From a virus (taxonomy: Duplodnaviria; Caudoviricetes), in the IMG/VR virus record IMGVR_UViG_3300021408_000054, positions 1 through 35,651 of that record: a stretch of DNA of 35,651 bases; one strand, 5' to 3'. The translations under genes and the position numbers were made by a program. The notes under the pieces were generated by a model. That model saw only the letters and a list, made by a program, of their open reading frames with translations, did no database searches and was not told the origin of the DNA. Every line of letters begins with the position of its first letter. The first letter of the stretch is position 1. Shown here one piece after another: positions 17,723 to 25,209 of the stretch.

Positions 17723-18888
17723 AGCAATCCCCTGAGTCTTAGCACGTCTTCCACTAACTTGTGAGCTTTAGGGGCATTCTTCAACAACCATTCAGGGTGC
17801 GCTTTCGAATGGTACGCAGCAAACGATTCAGCAAAGTACTCTTGGCGGTTCTCCCTTGCGTAATCCGAAATGTGCTCACGGTCGCTAGCATTGAAACGAC
17901 TGTTGATCAGGTTGTCTATGTCGTGATGAGCGGAGCCTACCTGATCGTTCAAGTGCAACATATGACCGAACTCATGCACAGAAACATTAGAGACATAATC
18001 AGAAACAGAAACCTCTGTTTGCGCTATCAAATATCCTTTTCCAGGCGCCACAGACCTTGCTACGTTAAGCGCTGCTCTGCCATGCACCTTGAGAGCTTCT
18101 CCACCAAAATTCCGAGCAACGCCAGCTGAGAAAGCGAGCCCACTGCCGCCCTCTATCGTGTCAGACATTGAAGCGAAGTTTTCGAATCCAACTCGTTTAT
18201 CAGTAATCGTTAGCGAATCCAGCGAGCGACCCGGCACACTCCAGAACTTCTGAAAACCAGCTCTGTTCAAACCATCGTAAATCGCTTCACGGTGTTGCTC
18301 GGAATGAGAACCGACAATTCTTACCCGTTTAACGTTGTCCCCTAACAATCCTGGAGTGTCATTAAATCCGGACACTATCTCAGTCGCGCTAGGAACTTTA
18401 GGTTTCTTGATCTGTGGCTCTAAAGGCTTAGCTACGTTGCGGATTTTGCGTTGTGCAGTCGCTACTAACTGAGCATCATACTTAGCAGCTCCAAGCATGT
18501 CCAAAGCGTTCACACGGGCTTGCGGCGAGAGACCCCAGCCGCCTGAAGGCCTCTCTCTAGGGAGCCCCACAGTGATGCCCCTACGCCCGGCAGTGCGCAT
18601 GGAGACCATGCGAACGAGAGAGCGGCAACCCCAGTGCAATGGAGGCCAGTGAAATTGCCAGAAGCCAGCGTCCCACGGTAACAGGATCGCGTTGTACTTC
18701 TTACAGACACGAGTCGTGCGAAGATCGATGATAGCGTCAAACAGATAGTAGCCTAGACGCTTCACAAGGTCAGGGTCGTGCATCATGTGCCAACGACCCT
18801 GATTCATGTGATCCATGATCAGCGTGCGTGTAACCACGTCCACACCTTGTGGTATGTGTTTCGCCGTACGCTTGATCGGTCTAGCCAT
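17719..18888 (-). CDS. MuF (gpF/SPP1 gp7-like) minor head protein with C-terminal zincin metallopeptidase domain
   Basis: A..D.RTT..C...PPLHWGCRS MuF motif; C-terminal HEFGH...ISDYARENRQEYFAESF. Confidence 0.9.
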   Translation of the reverse strand: MARPIKRTAKHIPQGVDVVTRTLIMDHMNQGRWHMMHDPDLVKRLGYYLFDAIIDLRTTRVCKKYNAILLPWDAGFWQFHWPPLHWGCRSLVRMVSMRTAGRRGITVGLPRERPSGGWGLSPQARVNALDMLGAAKYDAQLVATAQRKIRNVAKPLEPQIKKPKVPSATEIVSGFNDTPGLLGDNVKRVRIVGSHSEQHREAIYDGLNRAGFQKFWSVPGRSLDSLTITDKRVGFENFASMSDTIEGGSGLAFSAGVARNFGGEALKVHGRAALNVARSVAPGKGYLIAQTEVSVSDYVSNVSVHEFGHMLHLNDQVGSAHHDIDNLINSRFNASDREHISDYARENRQEYFAESFAAYHSKAHPEWLLKNAPKAHKLVEDVLRLRGLL

Positions 18889-19002
18889 TACGTGTTGGTA
18901 GGTGGCACGTCTTTAACCTGACCTGTGCCTGTAGGGTTTACCCATTTCTCCGCTTCTTTATCGATCGGCAACGTGAAGCCGCGATCGTCGGGTTCGTCAA
19001 AT

Positions 19003-19182
19003 TCATTTGCGCGTTTTTTGAGTCGTCTTCCCACGGAAATCTCGATTCGTAATCTCGTTAATTCGAGCTGCGTCCTGATGCGATAGCCCCTTAGCCGGCT
19101 TAGGCCTGTCTCTCCAGGCCTGGAAAGATTTACCGATCGTCTCAACGACTTTCGGAACCAAGCTCAACAGATATTCAATCAT
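19003..19182 (-). CDS. 59-aa hypothetical protein with amphipathic N-terminus
   Basis: ATGA overlap with the upstream stop; MIEYLLSLVPKVVETIGKSFQAWRDRPKP...; competes with the overlapping TTG ORF 18888-19145. Confidence 0.5.
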   Translation of the reverse strand: MIEYLLSLVPKVVETIGKSFQAWRDRPKPAKGLSHQDAARINEITNRDFRGKTTQKTRK

Positions 19183-19703
19183 ACAACCTTTAGCTTAGGC
19201 CCAACGGATAGCTTGATTTCGAAATCCAGCCAACGGGTGAAACCACCAACTGTGCGATTGTTCTGCCAGGCCTTCTGAACTTCAACCAAGACTTCGAGAC
19301 GAATCTCTTCTTTGCGATCGCGCACCCTGACGGTGCAAGCGTCAACCCTAGCCTGTTCGTCTCTGACAGCCTTGACCGGCGATACACGTGCGCGCGCGCG
19401 ATCGTTGTATTCGATCTGACGCTTAGCACAGACGGTGCAAGATTTGATCTTATGTCCGCGCCTGTCTATTTGGCCATTACGATCGTTCTCGCGTCCACAG
19501 TCGCACTTACCGGCAGCATAGTTTCGCTCTTTAGCGAACTTCTTTTTCTTGGCGCAGTAAAGATTGTAGGTTCGTTTGCGCGCCTCTTGTTCACTGTTGG
19601 CTTCAACAACGAAAGCGAAAGAAGATTCACTCTTATAATCGGTAAGAAGTTCGCAACGGAGCACGTCCCCGTTGTCGGCGTATTCAACTAGGTAGTGATT
19701 CAT
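19179..19703 (-). CDS. Hypothetical protein with Zn-finger (CxC...CxxC)
   Basis: GKCDCG...SCTVC; ATGA coupling at 19703. Confidence 0.7.
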   Translation of the reverse strand: MNHYLVEYADNGDVLRCELLTDYKSESSFAFVVEANSEQEARKRTYNLYCAKKKKFAKERNYAAGKCDCGRENDRNGQIDRRGHKIKSCTVCAKRQIEYNDRARARVSPVKAVRDEQARVDACTVRVRDRKEEIRLEVLVEVQKAWQNNRTVGGFTRWLDFEIKLSVGPKLKVV

Positions 19704-19933
19704 AACCATACTTTCTCCAGATGCTCAAGGATCTTAGCTTTGCAATCTTCAAGCTCAGCTCCTCGGATCTGAAACTCTGTCATGATTCGTAATGGCTTAT
19801 CGTGCAAGCGAATGTATGTGTTTAACGACACTAGCCAAGACTCTTTCTCAGCAAGCTCAGTCAGCGCTTGCAAATCGGAAGACTTGATAGGCGTCTTCTT
19901 TAGGAACGCCGTTATCTGTTTAAACAGGTTCAC
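19700..19933 (-). CDS. Hypothetical protein
   Basis: 77 aa overlapping the portal end and the next gene. Confidence 0.55.
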   Translation of the reverse strand: MNLFKQITAFLKKTPIKSSDLQALTELAEKESWLVSLNTYIRLHDKPLRIMTEFQIRGAELEDCKAKILEHLEKVWL

Positions 19934-21428
19934 TCTGAGCGTCCTTCACAACGGCGTAACGCCCGTCAAGCTGAGCAAGAGTCATTGCTTGCTCCAGAAG
20001 GTCAGCTAACGCGCTAGGATCAGCCTGACCAAACGCTACCCGGATCCTGTTGTCTAGGTCAGGGTAAGACGTTGCAGCGCGAACCATGAGCATCAACGTC
20101 TTGACGTCGGCTCGCATCAAGCGCGCTGCCTCCAGTCCAGTCGTATCGGCAACCCGGTCCGCATACTCCACGCCCTCCAGGGCGCCATCCGCTTCGTCTC
20201 CAGAGGCCAGAGAGAGCTTCTTACCAACCGGCTTAGGTTCGATCGGCTCAGGCTTCACGAAGGTCAACTCTAGCCCATACTGACCAGCGACTTCTTCCAG
20301 GTTCTCTATCGTGTAACCAGCGGTTCCGAACGTAGCAAACCCGGTAGCAAGACTAGATATAGCCGTTGCCTTCTGATTCTTGTCTTCCGGTGGATCGGTC
20401 GTCCAACACGGATACGGAACTTCTTTGCCTTCACCAAAGTTCAAACGAACGAACGGCGCAAAGATCTGAACTTGAATGTCTTCCGATAAACGTTGCGCTA
20501 TCGCTTTCGCTTTGATTCTATCGATCGACTTCTCATGCGTCTCAGCAGCAGCGCGATTCGCTCCAGTGCTAGCCACTTCAGAACCTAGGTTAGCGCCTTC
20601 AAGTAGAATCTTGATCTTTCTATCAGCGCGCTCGATAGCTGCCTGAAACGTTTGCCAGCTCTGATCCGTTGGCTCCAGAAGCTCCAGATCATAGGAACTC
20701 CACTCATCAGTATCGCGCGGCAAACCAACAACGCCTTCAGATCCCATGTCCTGAACGTCATCAACGAAATCTTTCTTTTCGTTGCTCTCACTATTCAGTG
20801 GAACATAAGCCTTTACAATCGGTAGGCCGTGACGTTCGTTGTAACGATTCCAGTCGCGAAACGTTGCCTGTTTGAAATACCAGAGTCGAGCTAGCGCGCG
20901 GATCACACCGCGATAAAAACCGTAATCTCCGTCAGTGTGAAGAAACCAGAGACCGTCTCCAGGCGTAACGTCAAACATGCATTCACGAGCCATGTAACGC
21001 CAAGTATTACGCTCAGCGTCATAGAACGAAAACTCCGGATCCAGAAATTTCAGAACCGGATACCAAACGCCTTCAGTCGTTACCCACTGAAGCACGCCGA
21101 TCGAAACTCCCATCGCTACTTTCGTTTCGATTATCGAGTAGAGCTGAGCGTCTGGAATGATTTTCTTGTGAAGCTCTTCTGTCTGGAGCTTAATCGCTTC
21201 GTCTTCACATTCGATAGTGAACGGCGCCTTCAGGATCGCGTTTACAAGCTTTTGCATGGAAGAAGGAATTTCGTCGTCTTCTCCCATCGATCGCCACATC
21301 TGAGCCGTTCGCGACATGTCGCCCGTCATATGCTGACGGAGCGCGCTGAGAATAGATGCCAAGCTCCAGCTGGTTTGGATCGATGGCTGCCAATGGCTAA
21401 TGGTCTGCTTAGGTCTAGTGTTGGCCAT
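19920..21428 (-). CDS. Portal protein (Mu gp29 / DUF935)
   Basis: G..R.LA..W.FK.....W..Y.ER.G.P...A, A..H and C-terminal L...L..AM..A.L.GR motifs. Confidence 0.92.
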   Translation of the reverse strand: MANTRPKQTISHWQPSIQTSWSLASILSALRQHMTGDMSRTAQMWRSMGEDDEIPSSMQKLVNAILKAPFTIECEDEAIKLQTEELHKKIIPDAQLYSIIETKVAMGVSIGVLQWVTTEGVWYPVLKFLDPEFSFYDAERNTWRYMARECMFDVTPGDGLWFLHTDGDYGFYRGVIRALARLWYFKQATFRDWNRYNERHGLPIVKAYVPLNSESNEKKDFVDDVQDMGSEGVVGLPRDTDEWSSYDLELLEPTDQSWQTFQAAIERADRKIKILLEGANLGSEVASTGANRAAAETHEKSIDRIKAKAIAQRLSEDIQVQIFAPFVRLNFGEGKEVPYPCWTTDPPEDKNQKATAISSLATGFATFGTAGYTIENLEEVAGQYGLELTFVKPEPIEPKPVGKKLSLASGDEADGALEGVEYADRVADTTGLEAARLMRADVKTLMLMVRAATSYPDLDNRIRVAFGQADPSALADLLEQAMTLAQLDGRYAVVKDAQSEPV

Positions 21429-21621
21429 TATCAGGCGGGCCTTTCACGGCGCACGAAAGGCAGCAATAGCCCTTGCGCATTTCAGGAAGTAAATGGAAAC
21501 GGGTGTTAGGAAGAAAATCCGTCCTACAGGACGGACACTTCCAGAATTCTGCTGATACAAGCGCGCGCCTGGGGTCAGGCGGCTGCCAGCCTTCTGTAAA
21601 CGCTACGGAACGCTCTCTCAC
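21415..21621 (-). CDS. Small Zn-ribbon protein
   Basis: CPSC...CLSC; overlaps the portal start. Confidence 0.55.
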   Translation of the reverse strand: MRERSVAFTEGWQPPDPRRALVSAEFWKCPSCRTDFLPNTRFHLLPEMRKGYCCLSCAVKGPPDNGQH

Positions 21622-21634
21622 GAGCGGAAGCGTA

Positions 21635-21955
21635 TCATAGAAGGCGCTTGATTTCTAATTCGTTTTGATCCAGCCAGGCCTGCCCAGCTTCAGGGTCCGA
21701 GAGCTGGCCGTCAAATTCGAGCTTGCCGCTCAGGTTGACTCGGACATGAATCCCGATCACTCCGTAATAGGCCAGGCTCTGAGCTACAGACAGCTCCAGG
21801 GGCTTCGCTCCAGGGAGCGTGGCAAACGGAGAGCGCTTTAGAGGAACGCTCTCTCTGGCCAGCCTACGCTTAGCAGCGGCGCTTGCCGGTTTCTTCTTTG
21901 ACTTCGGAAGAGCCGCCGAACGTTCCTCTGTCCACAGGCTGTCTTGTTTCTTCAA
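21635..21955 (-). CDS. Hypothetical protein, C-terminus resembles a TubC-N docking domain
   Basis: GIHVRVNLSGKLEFDG...WLDQNELEIKRLL. Confidence 0.55.
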   Translation of the reverse strand: MKKQDSLWTEERSAALPKSKKKPASAAAKRRLARESVPLKRSPFATLPGAKPLELSVAQSLAYYGVIGIHVRVNLSGKLEFDGQLSDPEAGQAWLDQNELEIKRLL

Positions 21956-22191
21956 TTAACGTTCCTGTCCCACGAAGGCAACTTCTCAAGCGAGCCGTAA
22001 CGCCAATCGAGGAATATATCTACGGCTTGATTTCGGAAGCCTCTGAAGCCACGCAAGTCCTGTTGCGTGGCCCTGACGTTCTTCAAGGCAAGATCGTACA
22101 TGTGCGCGTAGCGGTTCACCTGATCGCAATATCTCAGGTTGATTACGGTTTGAGCCACGAACCTGGCTCCAGTCTGAGTTACGTCTTTCAT
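21952..22191 (-). CDS. Hypothetical protein
   Basis: 79 aa; 4-nt overlaps with both neighbours. Confidence 0.6.
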   Translation of the reverse strand: MKDVTQTGARFVAQTVINLRYCDQVNRYAHMYDLALKNVRATQQDLRGFRGFRNQAVDIFLDWRYGSLEKLPSWDRNVN

Positions 22192-22379
22192 TTGAACGTT
22201 ACCGTGGCTTTGGTTCCGTCTGAAAACACGTGAAGCATGTTTTCTTCATCAACCCATATCTCCACGTAAGCGCCTGTGGCAACGGTTAAAGTAACCGTTA
22301 TCTCAAGCTCTACCGAGCCAATGATCTTTTTCGTGGCTTCGTTAACTATGGCTTCGATTTTTTCAAACATGTCACTCAC
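22188..22379 (-). CDS. Hypothetical protein
   Basis: GTGA overlap with GGAGG SD upstream; 63 aa. Confidence 0.6.
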   Translation of the reverse strand: MSDMFEKIEAIVNEATKKIIGSVELEITVTLTVATGAYVEIWVDEENMLHVFSDGTKATVTFK

Positions 22380-22618
22380 CTGATCCTCCTTATCGGTCTG
22401 TCCAGTTCTTCCCATATCGATTCACCGTGACTCGGATTGAACTTGCAGGCTCCCAGTCCAAAGCCTCTGGAGCCGATCCTGTGAGGCATGCTCGAATCTT
22501 TCTTTCCTACCATGCCGCCACAATCGCATATCTGGCCCTGGGCTAGTCTGCAGTATCGGCAACGTGGACGGCCCTTGCGACAGAGCTTGGACACGCAACG
22601 TATTTTAGGTTCTGACAC
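22376..22618 (-). CDS. Cys-rich hypothetical protein
   Basis: C...C..CxxC..CxC..H...C pattern. Confidence 0.6.
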   Translation of the reverse strand: MSEPKIRCVSKLCRKGRPRCRYCRLAQGQICDCGGMVGKKDSSMPHRIGSRGFGLGACKFNPSHGESIWEELDRPIRRIR

Positions 22619-22639
22619 GTGTCCAAGCTTAACAGATAA

Positions 22640-22942
22640 TCAATACGAAGAAAGCGTCTTTCCGTCCCTGGAGATGAAACGGTGAACAGCGCGGTTCCCG
22701 TTTTTACGGATGATCCGAACCTTCGCATTGGGGTGAGCTTTGGCATAGGAAGATGCGATCGAAATCAGATCCTTTGCTCGTTCAGCAGAGTTGTGAAATG
22801 TCACGAAACCTTGTCCACCTTCAACCTGGATAACGAACGGTTCGTCTTTCTTGATCTCTGTAAACTGAACTCCCTTGACCTGTAGACGGCGCTTGACAGT
22901 GGCGTTGGTGCGGGCGGCATTGAGTTGGTTGTTCGTTTGCAT
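22640..22942 (-). CDS. Hypothetical protein (100 aa)
   Basis: Start moved to ATG 22942 (MQTNNQ), preceded by AAAGGA SD. Confidence 0.7.
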   Translation of the reverse strand: MQTNNQLNAARTNATVKRRLQVKGVQFTEIKKDEPFVIQVEGGQGFVTFHNSAERAKDLISIASSYAKAHPNAKVRIIRKNGNRAVHRFISRDGKTLSSY

Positions 22943-22970
22943 TGTCGTATTTCCTTTTAGAGTTGTTTGC

Positions 22971-23045
22971 TTCGTTGGCTCTAGGCGGTATCGGATGCGC
23001 ACCACACGTTGCATTCGATACCCGCTAGAGCCCCCGATGGGGCTC
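22971..23045 (-). ncRNA. Structured intergenic element, copy A
   Basis: GAGCCCC-atcg-GGGGCTC hairpin overlapping a long imperfect hairpin (GGCTCTAG..GGTATCG..ATGC / GCAT..CGATACC..CTAGAGCC), followed by AACGAA. Confidence 0.65.
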
Positions 23046-23052
23046 GTTTATC

Positions 23053-23136
23053 TCAGGTCGTCTCTGCCAGCATTTCTTGAACCTTGGCAAGGTGCTTTGC
23101 CTTATCATTCGTCTTCAGTCCGTTTCCGCGACTCAC
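23053..23136 (-). CDS. 27-aa leader-like ORF
   Basis: GTG start just downstream of the promoter; MSRGNGLKTNDKAKHLAKVQEMLAETT; stops 7 nt before element A. Confidence 0.4.
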   Translation of the reverse strand: MSRGNGLKTNDKAKHLAKVQEMLAETT

Positions 23137-23149
23137 AACCTACACCCTG

Positions 23150-23196
23150 TATATACGGTCGCTCTGTCGAAAGGTAAACATAAATCGACAGAGCGA
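23150..23196 (-). promoter_or_regulatory. Promoter/operator repeat copy 1
   Basis: AAACATAAATCGACAGAG at 23176-23193; TTTACC-N17-TATATA on the minus strand; TCGCTCTGTCGA/TCGACAGAGCGA inverted repeat flanks the -35. Confidence 0.75.
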
Positions 23197-23209
23197 ACCG
23201 TATTTCTTT

Positions 23210-24028
23210 TCAGGCCTTCAGAATCTTGCCTGACGGGCGCTTACCGAAAGCGAATCCCGCGTCATCCTTGCTTTGCTCCAGGGTGGCCGTCAACTGGACA
23301 CGAAGACCTTTCAAGTTACCGTAGTCTTCCGAGATTCCCTGAACCTTAGGAGCGTCCCGCAAGATAGCGACAGGGCAGGATACCCAGCAGCGCCAGCCGT
23401 CGTCAGACTGAACAATGATCTTGGTTTGCGGACCGTATGCGCCAATCGTGTGTTTCACCTTCACAATCTCACCTGAGAACACAACGCGCCCGACTGGAGC
23501 TGGAGGCAACTTGGTTCCGAGTGACTTGATAAAGTCAACCGTTGCGACGCTCAGATGTCCGAACGCAATCAGCTTACCCAGCAGCTCCTTTGCCATAGCG
23601 CGCTTGGCGCCCTTGAGAGCGACTTTGAAGGCGGGAATGAGCCCGTGTGCCTGAGCGAATGCGTTGGCTTGCTTGCGGGCCGCCTGACGGCGAATACGAG
23701 CCATCTCCAGGCTACGCGCGGCGAACGTCTTGGCTTTGGCTTCGTTGCGAGCTACGCGCAATGCCTTGGCGCGCGCTGAACGAACTTGCTTGATCTTGGC
23801 AATCAAACCCAGGTCACCAGTCTTCTTTACGCACTCACAGCCGACCTTGAACGAACGGCCGTCTGAAGACTGAATGTGGTACATATCGACAATGCCCGTT
23901 CCGCAGTAGTCGCAAGACCCGCCGCACTGGAGCGGAGCGCCCGGGCAAGCCTGAAAATACTTGCGCTCGTTGCCAACGAACGTGAACGGAGCCGAACCCA
24001 AACCAGCCGTTTCAAAAATGTGTGTCAT
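23210..24028 (-). CDS. Hypothetical protein: N-terminal Zn finger, C-terminal OB-fold-like domain
   Basis: CDYCG...VGCEC; GRVVFSGEIVKVK..YG..KIIV; GGAGG SD. Confidence 0.75.
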   Translation of the reverse strand: MTHIFETAGLGSAPFTFVGNERKYFQACPGAPLQCGGSCDYCGTGIVDMYHIQSSDGRSFKVGCECVKKTGDLGLIAKIKQVRSARAKALRVARNEAKAKTFAARSLEMARIRRQAARKQANAFAQAHGLIPAFKVALKGAKRAMAKELLGKLIAFGHLSVATVDFIKSLGTKLPPAPVGRVVFSGEIVKVKHTIGAYGPQTKIIVQSDDGWRCWVSCPVAILRDAPKVQGISEDYGNLKGLRVQLTATLEQSKDDAGFAFGKRPSGKILKA

Positions 24029-24051
24029 GTGAATCCAAAGCCTCCACTGAT

Positions 24052-24114
24052 ACAGTACGGCGCCGTTCAGAAAGAATAAACATAAATCGACAGAGTCTGT
24101 GTCTTTTTATGTTT
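24052..24114 (-). promoter_or_regulatory. Promoter/operator repeat copy 2
   Basis: 37-bp imperfect palindrome AAACATAAAtcGACAgagtctgTGTCttTTTATGTTT (24078-24114); TTTATT-N17-TACTGT. Confidence 0.75.
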
Positions 24115-24394
24115 CGGGCCTAGTTATCGGAAGATCCAGAAAGAACGCGAGTGGCTCCGCTTCCGCCGAATGATTGTCGAATCCGTACATAAAGAAACGT
24201 AAACACTTAGGAGTGTTAACGATAGGCATGTAAGTTCCGTCTTTCAGACAATAGCTTATGTCTTTCGAGCACAGGCTGATGCCACTGATCTCGGGGAAAG
24301 CTTTCTGAATCGCAATCACCCCAGGGCAAGCATGGCAATGACCTGGGAGCCCGTTCTTTATATCGTCTTTCGTTATCTCGACTAGGCGGTTCAT
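24107..24394 (-). CDS. Hypothetical protein
   Basis: 95 aa; IT..DI..G......CP..IAI...F...FD pattern; ATGA overlap. Confidence 0.65.
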   Translation of the reverse strand: MNRLVEITKDDIKNGLPGHCHACPGVIAIQKAFPEISGISLCSKDISYCLKDGTYMPIVNTPKCLRFFMYGFDNHSAEAEPLAFFLDLPITRPET

Positions 24395-24597
24395 TTGTAA
24401 TCGATCTCCAGCTCGACACGACCTTTTGATTCAGCTTTATTAATCGCATTCTTGATTCTAAATACCTCATCTTGCACATGAACCACGTCTCTCATGTCGG
24501 TTAACAAGCTAACCTGTAGTCTCTCGTGATAAACTATCATTTCAGCAAGATGTCTCTTGTGCCAGCTGAGCGGTTTAGTCTCTTTCTTATTAGCCAT
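24391..24597 (-). CDS. Hypothetical helical protein
   Basis: Start set to ATG 24597 (MANKK). Confidence 0.55.
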   Translation of the reverse strand: MANKKETKPLSWHKRHLAEMIVYHERLQVSLLTDMRDVVHVQDEVFRIKNAINKAESKGRVELEIDYK

Positions 24598-24610
24598 TGT
24601 CGTTTTTCTT

Positions 24611-24814
24611 TCAGCTCTCGATTCCGTCTTTAACCAAACCAAGTTGTTCACACGCTTCCCAGGCCAGGATACGCGCCTCTTTAGCTCCTTTGAGCGACTG
24701 GACTACCACGATCGGCTGAACGCCTCCCTTGAGTGTCACAGAACAATAAACGCGCGGCATGTTCGGCTGGAGCTTGTAAAAGTTGACAACTGAGCCTCTG
24801 GGAAATCTCATCAT
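24611..24814 (-). CDS. Hypothetical protein (67 aa)
   Basis: Start set to ATG 24814 with AAGGA SD, directly after element B. Confidence 0.6.
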   Translation of the reverse strand: MMRFPRGSVVNFYKLQPNMPRVYCSVTLKGGVQPIVVVQSLKGAKEARILAWEACEQLGLVKDGIES

Positions 24815-24836
24815 AACTGATCCTTGAGTGTGTAGT

Positions 24837-24927
24837 TTCGTTGGCCCTAGTCCGGGCGCCGGGGACAATGACGGCCGCGTATCCGTCGTGCCTTGCCGGT
24901 CGCCCAGGCTGGGGCCCCCGAGGGGGC
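24837..24927 (-). ncRNA. Structured intergenic element, copy B
   Basis: GCCCC-ctcg-GGGGC hairpin overlapping a long imperfect hairpin (GGCCC..GGGCG.CCGG..GACGG / CCGTC..CCGG.CGCCC..GGGCC), followed by AACGAA. Confidence 0.65.
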
Positions 24928-24933
24928 GGGTGG

Positions 24934-25101
24934 TTACTTGCGACACTCATCGCACGGGCAAGGCACCGGCCCCAATTGCGCGGCGGTGAATTGTAGCGCC
25001 TTGCGCTCCGCCGAACGCCGGTCGCGACATGCGCAGCATGCGGGATGGTCGCACCGGCAAGCGCTGGTCTCGATTGGGCGGGTCGTGTTGCTGGCGTTCA
25101 T
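24934..25101 (-). CDS. 55-aa Cys-rich protein
   Basis: AAGGA SD; CRCDHPACCAC...CPCDEC; first ORF after promoter copy 3. Confidence 0.6.
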   Translation of the reverse strand: MNASNTTRPIETSACRCDHPACCACRDRRSAERKALQFTAAQLGPVPCPCDECRK

Positions 25102-25145
25102 GGTGGTCGTCCTTCGTTCCGGGCCACGACTTGCGGCACTCAATG

Positions 25146-25209
25146 AGTATGGATCAACGCGAAACGAAGTGCAAACATAAATCGACAGAGCGTGTGTCTT
25201 TTTATGTTT
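25146..25209 (-). promoter_or_regulatory. Promoter/operator repeat copy 3
   Basis: 37-bp imperfect palindrome AAACATAAAtcGACAgagcgtgTGTCttTTTATGTTT (25173-25209); TTGCAC-N17-CATACT. Confidence 0.75.

Noticed and set aside
23070-23130. CTGAAGA and GAAA words suggesting a hammerhead ribozyme
   Set aside because: Stems II and III cannot be built in the required order and spacing; the segment reads better as a 27-aa ORF.
22971-24927. Hairpin elements as integron attC sites
   Set aside because: No proper RYYYAAC...GTTRRRY pair and no integrase in the window.
23176-25190. 18-bp repeats as a CRISPR array
   Set aside because: Spacing is about 0.9-1.1 kb with genes between; no cas genes.
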